DNA of 32,000 bases from Pseudidiomarina andamanensis (GCF_009734345.1 NZ_CP032551.1:2250001-2282000), one strand, 5' to 3'; counted from the first letter of the stretch, positions 10,391 to 20,365 are shown. The notes: generated by a model not told the origin, from the letters alone. Translations and numbers: made by a program.

Positions 10391-11173
10391 ATGTACTTGT
10401 TGGCAATATTGCTTGCATATTCATTAGAACGCACGCTAGAAATCACGCGCAATTTGCACTGGCGTCGTATTATTCTGCGCTGGCAACATTGGCAAGTAAG
10501 CAACACCAAACTTGAAGGCTGGCGCCAGAATGATCTGGGTTATGTTCTGTGGGCAATTATCCCAGCGCTATTGATCGGCTTTGTATTACTGCTGCTCGAT
10601 AACGTCTTATTGACCTTTGTAGTAAGCACCGCAGGTTTACTTAGCGCCATTCAAGCACCAGCTGCTCGCGCAGCATACAAAGCTTACTTGCAAGCAGAAC
10701 ATGATGAAGACGGCGCTGAGCAAGCAAAACAACTGAAACTGTTGCAGCAGGCTTCAGGTCGTCACGAAGCCGCACCAGTTGAACACCTTATTTTATGGAT
10801 ACACTTACGCCATTACTTCGCCGTGATGATTTATTTCGTCTTGCTAGGCGTGGCAGGCGCACTGGTTTACGCCACGCTACGCGACATGCGTCACAATAAG
10901 AGCCCTCGTTGGCAAGTTGTTCATCAAATTATCGATTGGCTACCAACACGCTTAATGACTTTAGGCTTCTTATTAGTGGGTAATTTCTCGAAAGCCGCAG
11001 CAACATGGCTGAACTCAGTGGGCAACAAACCACAAAACAACTTCATAGCCCTGACCAAAGTTGCTGAGCTTGCCGATGACCTCACTGCTCCGACCACCAC
11101 CGCACTCGTTAAGCGTAACTTCTTGTTATATATCGTTTTCGTGGCGTTATTGACGATTGGTGGTTGGCTGTAA
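10391..11173 (+). CDS. ampE: Regulatory inner-membrane protein AmpE
   Basis: 260-aa multi-transmembrane protein starting 2 nt after ampD. Position is conserved and the sequence is AmpE-like. Confidence 0.85.
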   Translation: MYLLAILLAYSLERTLEITRNLHWRRIILRWQHWQVSNTKLEGWRQNDLGYVLWAIIPALLIGFVLLLLDNVLLTFVVSTAGLLSAIQAPAARAAYKAYLQAEHDEDGAEQAKQLKLLQQASGRHEAAPVEHLILWIHLRHYFAVMIYFVLLGVAGALVYATLRDMRHNKSPRWQVVHQIIDWLPTRLMTLGFLLVGNFSKAAATWLNSVGNKPQNNFIALTKVAELADDLTAPTTTALVKRNFLLYIVFVALLTIGGWL

Positions 11174-11221
11174 GCGGAATCTGTTTGGTTTTTTCGCGTC
11201 ACTGATCTAAAATGCTGGTCT

Positions 11222-11235
11222 ATTGGTATGACCAA
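11222..11235. promoter_or_regulatory. PdhR operator (GntR/FadR-type dyad ATTGGT-AT-GACCAA core)
   Basis: ATTGGTATGACCAA matches the E. coli PdhR box (AATTGGTAAGACCAATT as I recall it). A TAAAAT -10-like hexamer lies about 10 nt upstream (11208-11213). Confidence 0.7.
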
Positions 11236-11245
11236 AAAGCAAAAG

Positions 11246-11317
11246 CGTTATTCGTTATTGGTTGCTCGTTACTCGAAGTACCACTGACGAATAACGACTA
11301 ACGAATAACCAGTAACG
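11246..11317. repeat. Short hairpin copy of the heptad-arm repeat family
   Basis: Left arm cgttatt cgttatt ggttgct cgttact cg, loop aagtaccactg, right arm acgaata acgacta acgaata accagta acg. Aligned as a stem, 24 of 30 positions match. Heptads are the same as in the elements at 30069, 31212 and 31756. Confidence 0.85.
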
Positions 11318-11325
11318 GGTTTTCT

Positions 11326-12081
11326 ATGACTTTCCAGCGCATACAACAGACCAAACTTTCCGATGTCATCATGGAGCGCATCGAAGCCATGATCGTCGAC
11401 GGCACGCTCGAAGCTGGAGCGCGGTTGCCGTCTGAGCGCGATCTCGCGGCACAGTTCTCGGTGTCACGCCCAAGTTTGCGCGAAGCCATTCAAAAACTCG
11501 AAGCGCGCGGCTTAGTTGAGCGACGTCAAGGCGGCGGTACGTACGTGTGCGATAACATGCAAGAGCGTGTTGCCGAACCTTTGCTAGACTTACTGGCGCA
11601 ACATCCAGAATCACAATTTGATTTGCTTGAGTTTCGTCATGCGCTTGAAGGCATCTCTTCTTATTATGCAGCGATGCGCGGCACGGCTACTGATATTGAA
11701 GCCATCAACGCAGCATTTGAGAAGCTACAGCAAGACCCCGGCGCGGAGCTTGCCGCACAGGCGCAGGCACTGACCGAGTTTAATTTGCGAATTACCGAAG
11801 CCTCGCACAATGTGATCCTATTGCACTTGGTACGCAGTATGCTGCCATTGTTGCAGAAAAATATTCAGCAAAACCTGCAGGACCTCGCGCACAAGCCCGG
11901 CGTCATGCAGCAGTTACATGAACATCGGCAGCAAATAGTTGCTGCCATCACGGCTGGTGAACCCGAACAGGCGCGAGAAGCTTGTCATCAGTTGCTAGCC
12001 TATATTGAACATGCGTTGCTCGCCTCGAATCGTGAACAATCACGAATTCAGCGTTCGCTACGCCGAACTCAGCAAGGGTAA
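11326..12081 (+). CDS. pdhR: Pyruvate dehydrogenase complex repressor PdhR (GntR/FadR family)
   Basis: KLSDVIMERIEAMIVDGTLEAGARLPSERDLAAQFSVSRPSLREAIQKLEARGLVERRQGGGTYV parallels E. coli PdhR. It lies directly upstream of aceE. Confidence 0.95.
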   Translation: MTFQRIQQTKLSDVIMERIEAMIVDGTLEAGARLPSERDLAAQFSVSRPSLREAIQKLEARGLVERRQGGGTYVCDNMQERVAEPLLDLLAQHPESQFDLLEFRHALEGISSYYAAMRGTATDIEAINAAFEKLQQDPGAELAAQAQALTEFNLRITEASHNVILLHLVRSMLPLLQKNIQQNLQDLAHKPGVMQQLHEHRQQIVAAITAGEPEQAREACHQLLAYIEHALLASNREQSRIQRSLRRTQQG

Positions 12082-12091
12082 GGACAGAAGT

Positions 12092-14765
12092 ATGACTGAC
12101 CATTTAAAAGACGACATCGACCCGCAAGAAACGCGCGAGTGGCTTGAAGCCCTCGAGGTCGTGTTGGAAGAAGACGGCCCCGAGCGTGGCCATTTCTTGC
12201 TTGAAAGTCTGATTGAGAAAGCGCGCCGCAGTGGTGCGTACTTGCCATATAACGCAACGACAGCGTACTTGAACACCATTCCAGCAAGCCAAGAGCCAAC
12301 CATGCCAGGCGACCGCACAATTGAAGCGCGTATTCGTGCGGCGATTCGCTGGAACGCTTTGGCAATGGTATTGCGTGGTTCGAAGAAAGAACTCGAGCTT
12401 GGCGGTCATATTTCAAGTTTCGCATCGTCGGCCATGTTATACGATGTCGGCTTTAACCATTTCTTCCGTGCACCGACTGATCAAGACGGTGGCGACTACC
12501 TGTTTGTTCAGGGCCACGTGTCGCCGGGAATTTATGCGCGAGCCTACTTGGAAGGTCGCATTAGCGAAGAGCAATTGAATAACTTCCGTCAAGAAGTTGA
12601 TGGTAAAGGCGTACCTTCTTATCCGCATCCACATTTGATGCCTGATTTTTGGCAGTTCCCAACGGTATCAATGGGCTTAGGTCCAATTCAAGCAATCTAT
12701 CAAGCACGCTATCTGAAATATTTAACTGATCGTGGCATTAAAGATTGCTCGAACCAACGCGTTTACTGCTTCTTAGGTGATGGCGAAGTCGATGAGCCAG
12801 AAAGCTTGGGTGCAATTGGCCTAGCAACGCGCGAAGGTCTCGATAACCTGACCTTCATCGTCAACTGTAACTTACAGCGTTTGGATGGTCCGGTACGTGG
12901 TAACGGTAAAATCATTCAAGAACTTGAAGGTACCTTCCGAGGCGCTGGCTGGGAAGTTATTAAAGTAATTTGGGGCCGTTACTGGGATCCATTGCTGTAT
13001 CGCGACACCGAAGGCAAGCTTGCACAAATCATGCAAGACAGCGTTGACGGTGAGTATCAGAACTATAAAGCAAAAGGTGGCGCGTATACCCGTGAGCATT
13101 TCTTCGGTAAAACAGAAGAAACCAAGGCCATGGTAGCGAACCTCACCGACGAAGATATCTGGCGCTTAAATCGTGGTGGTCACGACCCAATGAAAGTGTA
13201 TGCGGCTTATCATAAAGCAGTAAACACCAAAGGTCGCCCGCAAGTTATTCTTGCGAAAACCGTCAAAGGCTACGGTATGGGTGCCGCTGGTGAAGGTAAA
13301 AACATTGCCCACCAGGTGAAGAAAATGGATATGGACGCGATCAAACACTTCCGTGATCGTTTCAATATTCCAATCAAAGACAGCGAACTTGAAGATATTC
13401 CATTGTACAAGTTCCCAGAAGACAGCGACGAAATGAAGTACATGCGCGAGCGCCGTGAAGCGCTTGGTGGCTTCATGCCGAAGCGCCTGCCGAAAACTGA
13501 TGTTGAGCTCGAAATTCCGTCGCTGAAAGCATTTGAAGCCGTAACGAAAGGCTCAGGTGACCGTGAAATCTCAAGTACCATGGCATTTGTACGTGTGCTA
13601 ACGGCGTTGTTGAAAGACAAGAAAATTGGTCAACGTATTGTCCCAATTATTCCTGACGAAGCGCGTACTTTTGGTATGGAAGGCTTGTTCCGTCAAGTGG
13701 GTATTTACTCCAGCCAAGGCCAGAAGTATCAGCCGCAAGACGCTGATCAAGTTGCGTACTATCGCGAAGATAAGAAAGGCCAAGTATTGCAAGAAGGTAT
13801 CAACGAGCTTGGCGCAATGGCGTCATGGGTAGCAGCAGCAACCAGCTACTCAACCAACAATGAGCCGATGATTCCGTTCTACATCTATTACTCTATGTTT
13901 GGTTTCCAACGTGTGGGTGATTTGGTGTGGGCTGCAGGCGATAGCCAAGCGCGCGGCTTCTTGGTCGGTGGTACTGCCGGTCGTACAACCTTGAACGGTG
14001 AAGGTTTGCAGCACCAAGATGGTAGCAGCCATATCTTGTTTAACACGGTACCAAACTGTATTACTTATGACCCAACCTACGGTTATGAAGTAGCCGTTAT
14101 TGTGCAAGATGGCTTGCGCCGTATGTATGGTGAACAAGAAAACGTGTTCTACTATCTCACTGTTATGAACGAGAAACTACCAACAGCCAGAAATGCCAGA
14201 AGGTGTTGAAGAAGGCATTGTGAAAGGTATTTACGAGTTCGAAACTGTGAAAGCCTCAGGGAAAGCGAAAGGTGAAGTGCAATTGGTTGGCTCTGGCACC
14301 ATATTGCAGCAAGTTCGCGAAGCAGCGAAATTGTTGGCCGATGACTTCGGCATTACCGCTAAGGTCTACAGCGCCACCTCATTTAACGAATTGGCGCGTG
14401 ACGGTTATGACGTTGAGCGTTACAACATGTTGCACCCAGGTAAGAAGCAGAAAACTGCATATGTCACTGAGGTATTGAGCAAAGCGAAAGGCCCAACTAT
14501 TGCTGCAACGGATTACATGAAGCAATACGCTGACCAAATTCGTGCATGGGTGCCAACGCCTTATCGCGTGTTAGGTACTGATGGCTTCGGTCGTTCAGAT
14601 AGCCGTGAAAACTTACGTCGTCACTTCGAAGTGAACGCGCAATACATTGCTGTAGCTGCGCTGACTGAGCTGGCGAAAGCGGGCGATATCGATGCCAAGG
14701 TGGTTGAAAAGGCCATCAAAGATTTCGGCATTGATACCAATAAAATCAACCCACTGTACGCGTAA
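12092..14765 (+). pseudogene. aceE: Pyruvate dehydrogenase E1 component AceE; reading frame broken by a 1-nt insertion near 14174-14176 (true frameshift or sequence error)
   Basis: Two ORFs (12092..14209 and 14193..14765) together make a full-length AceE. The TPP motif GDGEVDEPES...NCNLQRLDG is in the first. The span is 2674 nt, i.e. 3n+1. Removing one A from gagAAAc restores ...MNENYQQPEMPEGVEEGIVKGIY, matching E. coli ...NENYHMPAMPEGAEEGIRKGIY. Confidence 0.9.
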
Positions 14766-14786
14766 GCAACGGGAGCGGAGGCAATA

Positions 14787-16526
14787 ATGGCAGATTTAAA
14801 AGAAGTAAAAGCCCCCGATGTGGGCGGTGATGAAGTTGAAGTCATCGAGATTCTAGTCAACAAAGGCGATAGCGTTGAAGCGGAAGATTCGCTAATTACC
14901 GTCGAGAGCGACAAAGCATCGATGGATATTCCCGCGCCATTTGCAGGCGTAATCGCCGAAATGAAAGTCAAAGTTGGCGACAAGATCAAAGAAGGCGACC
15001 TTTTAGCGATGTTTGAAGCCGCCGCCGAGTCGGTGTCTGACACCGCGCAAGCGGGGTCTGACACCCAATCTACCGGCTCAGCAGAAGAAGATGAATCACC
15101 AGCCGAAGCTGAATCAGCCGATGAAGGCAAGCCAGCCGACGAAGGCAAGCCAGCAAACAACGACAAGTCAGCAGGCGAGAAAAAGCTCATCGAAGTCACA
15201 GTCCCAGACATCGGCGAAGATGGTGAAGTTGACGTTATTGAGGTGCTCGTTAGCGAAGGCGACGAAATTAATGCTGAAGATGGCTTGATCACGCTCGAAA
15301 CTGACAAAGCAACCATGGACGTACCAAGCCCAGAAGCAGGTGTGGTGAAATCGGTGGAAGTGAAAGTCGGCGACAAAGTCAAACAAGGCTCACTCGTTGT
15401 AATGCTCGAAGTATCGACTGGCTTGGTGTCTGACACCGCGCCAGCGGGGTCTGACACCCAATCTCAAGGCTCAGCAGACGCAGAAAAATCTCCAGCCAAA
15501 GCCGATTCATCAGAATCAGGCAAGAGTGAAGACAAATCAGCAGAACGCAAACCGCCTGTCCCAGATCACCCGCTGGACAAGAAGTCTAAAGCGGAAGGCT
15601 TGGCGTATGCATCACCTGCGGTACGCCGCTTAGCCCATGAGTTCGGTGTTGATTTGAACCGAGTGAAAGGCTCAGGCCGCAAAGAACGCATCTTAAAAGA
15701 AGACGTGCAAGAGTATGTGAAGTACGAGTTGTCACGTCCAAAAGCAACTGCTTCAAGTGGCGTTGCACAAGGCGCTGGTGGCTTGCAAGTGATAGCGCCA
15801 CCGAAAGTTGATTTCAGTAAGTTTGGTGAAATTGAAGAAGTGCCATTAACGCGCATTCAGAAAATTTCAGGCCCGAACCTGCATCGCAACTGGGTGACTA
15901 TTCCACACGTTACGCAATTTGACGAAGCGGATATCACCGAGCTAGAAGCGTTCCGTAAGCAAGAAAACGAACTGCAAGCGAAGAAAAAAGACGGTGTGAA
16001 AATCACTCCGTTGGTATTCATCATGAAGGCTGTTGCCAAAGCATTGCGCGAGTATCCAGTATTTAACTCGTCGCTGGCTGAAGATGGCGAGCACCTCATC
16101 ATGAAGAAATACGTGCATATCGGTATTGCAGTGGATACGCCAAACGGATTGGTGGTTCCAGTGATTCGTGATGTTGATAAGAAAGGTATCTACGAACTGT
16201 CTGACGAATTACTTGAAATCAGTGCCAAGGCGCGTGATGGCAAGCTGAAAGCTCAAGACATGCAAGGCGGCTGTTTCTCAATTTCTAGCCTTGGTGGCAT
16301 CGGCGGTACAGCCTTTACACCAATTGTGAATGCGCCTGACGTCGCAATTTTGGGTGTGTCGAAGAGCGAAATGAAGCCGAAATGGAACGGCAAAGATTTC
16401 GAACCACGCTTGATGTTGCCGTTGAGCTTAAGCTATGACCACCGCGTGATTGATGGCGCTGTAGCTGCGCGCTTCAGTGTGTACTTAAGCGCAGTGCTTT
16501 CAGATATTCGCAAATTGGTTCTATAA
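14787..16526 (+). CDS. aceF: Dihydrolipoyllysine-residue acetyltransferase (PDH E2), two lipoyl domains
   Basis: Two lipoyl attachment motifs ([20 protein letters not shown]), E3-binding domain [16 protein letters not shown], and catalytic [12 protein letters not shown]. Confidence 0.96.
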   Translation: MADLKEVKAPDVGGDEVEVIEILVNKGDSVEAEDSLITVESDKASMDIPAPFAGVIAEMKVKVGDKIKEGDLLAMFEAAAESVSDTAQAGSDTQSTGSAEEDESPAEAESADEGKPADEGKPANNDKSAGEKKLIEVTVPDIGEDGEVDVIEVLVSEGDEINAEDGLITLETDKATMDVPSPEAGVVKSVEVKVGDKVKQGSLVVMLEVSTGLVSDTAPAGSDTQSQGSADAEKSPAKADSSESGKSEDKSAERKPPVPDHPLDKKSKAEGLAYASPAVRRLAHEFGVDLNRVKGSGRKERILKEDVQEYVKYELSRPKATASSGVAQGAGGLQVIAPPKVDFSKFGEIEEVPLTRIQKISGPNLHRNWVTIPHVTQFDEADITELEAFRKQENELQAKKKDGVKITPLVFIMKAVAKALREYPVFNSSLAEDGEHLIMKKYVHIGIAVDTPNGLVVPVIRDVDKKGIYELSDELLEISAKARDGKLKAQDMQGGCFSISSLGGIGGTAFTPIVNAPDVAILGVSKSEMKPKWNGKDFEPRLMLPLSLSYDHRVIDGAVAARFSVYLSAVLSDIRKLVL

Positions 16527-16543
16527 ATTAAACAAATGAGCAC

Positions 16544-16573
16544 GGGGCTGTTATAATCAGCCCCAACGTTTTT
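16544..16573 (+). promoter_or_regulatory. aceF-lpdA intergenic hairpin with T-tract and an embedded TATAAT
   Basis: Stem ggggctg (16544-16550) / cagcccc (16558-16564). The loop ttataat contains TATAAT (16552-16557). It is followed by aacgttttt. Confidence 0.4.
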
Positions 16574-16595
16574 CCCGAATTCTAACGAGGTTGAT

Positions 16596-18020
16596 ATGAG
16601 CAAAGAAGTGAAGGCCCAAGTTGTCGTTCTCGGTGGCGGCCCAGGTGGTTACTCTGCAGCATTCCGTGCTGCTGACTTAGGTTTAGAAACCGTATTGGTT
16701 GAGCGCTACAGCACCTTAGGTGGCGTGTGCTTGAACGTAGGCTGTATTCCTTCAAAAGCTTTGTTGCACATTGCGAAGCACATTGAAGATGCCAAGCACA
16801 TGGGCGCTGAAGGCGTTGAATTCGGCGAGCCGAAAATCGACCTCGACAAAATTCGTACCCACAAAGAAAAAGTGATCGGTCAGTTAACCGGTGGCTTAGG
16901 TCAAATGTCGAAAATGCGTAAAGTGAAAGTTGTAAATGGCGTGGGCGAATTCGCCAGCGACAAGCAACTGAAAGTGAAAGACGCAGACGGCAACGAAACC
17001 GTGGTGAACTTCGAGCACGCAATTATCGCTGCTGGTTCACAATCAATTAAACTGCCATTTGTGCCGCACGACGATGAGCGCATTTGGGATTCAACCGATG
17101 CACTAGAACTGCCATTCGTACCAGGTCGCATGTTGATTTTGGGCGGCGGCATCATCGGTTTGGAAATGGGCTGTGTTTACAGCGCATTAGGTGCAAAAGT
17201 TGACGTGGTTGAAATGACCGAGCAACTGATTCCACCAGCAGACAAAGACATCATCAAAGCCTTCACCAAGTCGATTTCTAAGAAGTTCGACAACATCATG
17301 TTGAACACCAAAGCAGCGAAAGTTGAAGCGAAGAAAGATGGTATTCACGTGACTTTTGAAGGCGACAAAGCGCCTGAGAAACCAGTGAAATATGACGCGG
17401 TATTGGTTGCAGTAGGTCGTGCACCGAATGGTAAGAAGCTTGGCGCAGAAAATGCTGGCGTTAACGTGACTGACCGTGGCTTCATTGAAGTTGACAACCA
17501 AATGCGCACCAACGTGAAGAACATCTTCGCTATCGGTGACATCGTTGGTCAACCAATGTTGGCACACAAAGCGGTTCACGAAGGTCATGTAGCTGCCGAA
17601 GTTATCGCTGGTAAGAAGCACTTCTTCGATCCGAAAGTGATCCCTTCAATTGCTTATACGGATCCTGAAGTTGCATGGGCTGGCTTGACTGAGAAAGAAG
17701 CGAAAGAGCAAGGCGTTGAGTACGAAGCAGCCGTATTCCCATGGTCAGCTTCTGGTCGTGCGATTGCGCAAGGCGCAACCGACGGCTTCACCAAGTTGTT
17801 GTTCGATAAGAACAACCGCATCATTGGTGGTGCTATTGTTGGTTCTAACGCTGGTGAGTTACTCGGCGAAATCTGTTTGGCTATCGAAATGGGCTGCGAC
17901 GCAGAAGACATCGCATTGACCATTCACGCTCACCCAACCCTACACGAATCAGTTGGCTTGGCCGCAGAAGTGTTCGAAGGCTCAATCACCGACCTCCCGA
18001 ACAAGAAAGCGAAAAAGTAA
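16596..18020 (+). CDS. lpdA: Dihydrolipoyl dehydrogenase (E3)
   Basis: FAD motif GGGPGGYSAAFRAADLG, redox-active disulfide CLNVGCIPSK, and C-terminal HAHPTLHE. Confidence 0.97.
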   Translation: MSKEVKAQVVVLGGGPGGYSAAFRAADLGLETVLVERYSTLGGVCLNVGCIPSKALLHIAKHIEDAKHMGAEGVEFGEPKIDLDKIRTHKEKVIGQLTGGLGQMSKMRKVKVVNGVGEFASDKQLKVKDADGNETVVNFEHAIIAAGSQSIKLPFVPHDDERIWDSTDALELPFVPGRMLILGGGIIGLEMGCVYSALGAKVDVVEMTEQLIPPADKDIIKAFTKSISKKFDNIMLNTKAAKVEAKKDGIHVTFEGDKAPEKPVKYDAVLVAVGRAPNGKKLGAENAGVNVTDRGFIEVDNQMRTNVKNIFAIGDIVGQPMLAHKAVHEGHVAAEVIAGKKHFFDPKVIPSIAYTDPEVAWAGLTEKEAKEQGVEYEAAVFPWSASGRAIAQGATDGFTKLLFDKNNRIIGGAIVGSNAGELLGEICLAIEMGCDAEDIALTIHAHPTLHESVGLAAEVFEGSITDLPNKKAKK

Positions 18021-18029
18021 CTGCCAAAA

Positions 18030-18057
18030 CCCCGTGACTCACCTCACGGGGTTTTTT
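18030..18057 (+). terminator. Rho-independent terminator of the pdhR-aceEF-lpdA operon
   Basis: Stem ccccgtga / tcacgggg with loop ctcacc, followed by tttttt. Confidence 0.85.
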
Positions 18058-18212
18058 CTTTCCCCTCCTGAAATAATTTGCGACAAAAAATCTGCCGAAT
18101 GCGGTACTTCGCATAGCATTTGTGTTGTGAACAAATGACGCATGGCTTAAGGTAGAAAGGTTATTAAACATTTACTGACAAAGCGATTCGTCAATAAGAA
18201 AACGGGGAACCT

Positions 18213-20285
18213 ATGAACAAAGTAAGTACCATTGCGCTGAGCGTCGCGCTCGCGTTAGGTGTAGCTGCATGCTCACCACAACAATCAACTGAACAACAAA
18301 ACCAGCAGGCCAAGCAAGAGCAACCGCAGCAACAGCTAACGTCAGGCTTGCGTTTAGACGCTTTTAATACCGACGTGCGTCCACAAGATGACTTGTTCCA
18401 GTTCGTGAACGGCACTTGGTATGACAATACTGAAATGCCTGCAGATAAGTCACGCATCGGCTCTTTCTTAGAGTTACGTGAGCGCAACCAAGAACGTTTG
18501 CGTTCGCTCATTGAAACGGCAGCAGCGAAAGACGCTGAAGCGGGTTCGAATGCACAAAAAATTGGTGATTTCTTTAATAGCTATATGGACGTTGAAAAAC
18601 TCAACAGCCTTGGCTACACCCCAATTGCAGCGGATTTACAAGCGATTGCCCAAGTAGAAACTCACGCAGATGTCGTAGAGCGCTTTGCTGAACTGGCAAA
18701 AATCGGAGTGAGCGGTCCATTTGGTTTTTATGTTTATGGCGACAAAAAGAACCCTGATTACAACGCGTTGTACATGGGACAGTCAGGCTTGAGCTTGCCA
18801 GATCGTGACTATTATCTGAAAGACGAAGAGAAATTCGTTGAAATTCGTAACGCTTACAAGGCATACATCAAAGATGTCTTGGCACTAGTTGATTACGAGC
18901 AAGCGGAAGCCGCTGCTGATGCAATTTTAGAGCTTGAAACGAAAATTGCCGAGGCGCATTGGAGCCGAGTGCAAAGCCGTGACGCCGAAGCCACCTACAA
19001 TCCGAAAACTACCGAAGAAATGGTTGCGCTAATGGGTAGCTTTGATTTCCCAACATACGCGAAAATTACCGGTATTGATGTTGCTGACAAATATGTTGTT
19101 TCGCAACTGAGCTATTTTGAAACCTTTGGCGACATGTTCGACGATGTTAGCGTTGAAACGTGGAAACACTACATGACGTTACGTACTGTGAATCGTTTCG
19201 CATCCGTGTTAACCGAAGAAATTAACGATCGTAACTTTGCATTCTACGGCAAAGTATTACGTGGTACGCCAGAGCAAGAACCGCGTTGGAAGCGTGGTGT
19301 TGATGCTACCGATAACGCATTGGGCGAAGTACTCGGCCAACTTTATGTTGAAAAATACTTCCCACCAGCAGCCAAAGCGCGCATGGAAGAGCTCGTTGAT
19401 AATCTGATTGTTGCCTATGGCGAATCAATTAAAGATCTTGAGTGGATGTCTGAAGAGACTAAACAAAAAGCACTTGAAAAGCTTAGCAAATTCACGCCAT
19501 ACGTGGGTTATCCAAGTGAATGGCGTGATTATTCAGAACTGACTGTAACCGACGACAACTTGGTAGAAAACATCAAGCGTTCTTATGCGTTTGATTATCA
19601 AGAAAGCATCTCTGAAATCGGCCAACCGGTGAAAGAAGAAGATTGGGGCATGACACCGCAAACGGTGAACGCTTATTACAGCCCAGTGCGTAATGAGATT
19701 GTGTTCCCAGCAGGTATTTTGCAACCACCATTCTTTGATATGGATGCTGAAGATGCCGTGAATTACGGCGGTATCGGCGCGGTTATCGGTCACGAACTGG
19801 GTCACGGTTTCGATGACCAAGGTTCGAAGTATGACGGCGACGGTAACCTGAATAGCTGGTGGACGGATGGCGACCGCGAGGCATTTGATGCGCGTGGTGC
19901 TCAGTTGGCTGCTCAATATGACGGTTATGAAGTCATTCCTGAAACCTTCATCAACGGTAAATTAACCTTGGGTGAAAACATCGGCGACTTAGCAGGTTTG
20001 ACCATTGCTTACCGTGCTTACGTGAACTCACTAAACGGCAAAGAATCGCCAGTAATGGACGGTTTTACCGGTGAGCAACGCGTATTCTTAGGTTGGGCAC
20101 AGGTATGGAAAAACAAAGCACGTGACGAATTCGTTCGTAACCAAGTGCTGAGTGATCCGCACTCGCCAGCTGACTATCGTGTTAACGGCACCGTAGTAAA
20201 CATTCCAGCGTTCTACGAAGCCTTTGATGTGAAGCCAGGCGATGACTTGTACCTGCCGCCAGAAGAGCGCGTAACTATCTGGTAA
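18213..20285 (+). CDS. M13 family zinc metallopeptidase (PepO / endothelin-converting-enzyme-like), lipoprotein
   Basis: Lipobox LGVAAC, zinc motif VIGHELGHGFD, and NAYY and GENIGD motifs. 690 aa. Confidence 0.92.
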   Translation: MNKVSTIALSVALALGVAACSPQQSTEQQNQQAKQEQPQQQLTSGLRLDAFNTDVRPQDDLFQFVNGTWYDNTEMPADKSRIGSFLELRERNQERLRSLIETAAAKDAEAGSNAQKIGDFFNSYMDVEKLNSLGYTPIAADLQAIAQVETHADVVERFAELAKIGVSGPFGFYVYGDKKNPDYNALYMGQSGLSLPDRDYYLKDEEKFVEIRNAYKAYIKDVLALVDYEQAEAAADAILELETKIAEAHWSRVQSRDAEATYNPKTTEEMVALMGSFDFPTYAKITGIDVADKYVVSQLSYFETFGDMFDDVSVETWKHYMTLRTVNRFASVLTEEINDRNFAFYGKVLRGTPEQEPRWKRGVDATDNALGEVLGQLYVEKYFPPAAKARMEELVDNLIVAYGESIKDLEWMSEETKQKALEKLSKFTPYVGYPSEWRDYSELTVTDDNLVENIKRSYAFDYQESISEIGQPVKEEDWGMTPQTVNAYYSPVRNEIVFPAGILQPPFFDMDAEDAVNYGGIGAVIGHELGHGFDDQGSKYDGDGNLNSWWTDGDREAFDARGAQLAAQYDGYEVIPETFINGKLTLGENIGDLAGLTIAYRAYVNSLNGKESPVMDGFTGEQRVFLGWAQVWKNKARDEFVRNQVLSDPHSPADYRVNGTVVNIPAFYEAFDVKPGDDLYLPPEERVTIW

Positions 20286-20320
20286 GAGAATCTGGTAAGA
20301 GCTATTAGCAAGTAATAAAA

Positions 20321-20354
20321 CCCACTTCTGGTAATTACCCCAGAAGTGGGTTTA
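20321..20354 (+). terminator. Rho-independent terminator after the M13 peptidase gene
   Basis: 11-bp stem cccacttctgg / ccagaagtggg, followed by tttat. Confidence 0.75.
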
Positions 20355-20365
20355 TACTATCTGTC

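Noticed and set aside
12005-12091. N-terminal extension of the aceE ORF into pdhR; similar extensions at 20765 (cusB), 21984 (cusA), 30281 (LysR), 3649 (pilD), 28983 (RND), 31693 (orphan ORF) and 720 (mutT)
   Set aside because: The extensions overlap upstream genes or add residues foreign to the family N-termini. Internal starts with Shine-Dalgarno sequences, signal peptides, or homology-consistent N-termini were preferred.
14171-14195. Programmed ribosomal frameshift in aceE
   Set aside because: No known recoding is described for aceE. There is no slippery heptamer with a stimulatory structure, and the required shift is simply the removal of one A from a short A run. A sequence error or mutation is more parsimonious.
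14621-15457. 278-aa ORF antisense to aceE/aceF
   Set aside because: It is low-complexity Ser/Thr/Ala/Pro-rich translation lying opposite the Ala/Pro/Glu-rich E2 linkers and lipoyl domains. It is a compositional artefact, and the sense strand has unambiguous AceF motifs.
20278-20301. 13-nt tandem duplication tctggtaagag(aa) spanning the peptidase stop codon
   Set aside because: It is real in the sequence but small. It duplicates the stop codon region without changing the protein, and no function is suggested.
20318-20354. The palindrome upstream of the CopL-like gene as a CueR/MerR-type operator
   Set aside because: The 11-bp arms with an 8-nt loop followed by a T-tract sit directly after the peptidase stop and fit an intrinsic terminator. 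The dyad does not sit within a 19-20 bp -35/-10 spacer as MerR-type sites do, and it does not resemble CCTTCC-N7-GGAAGG.
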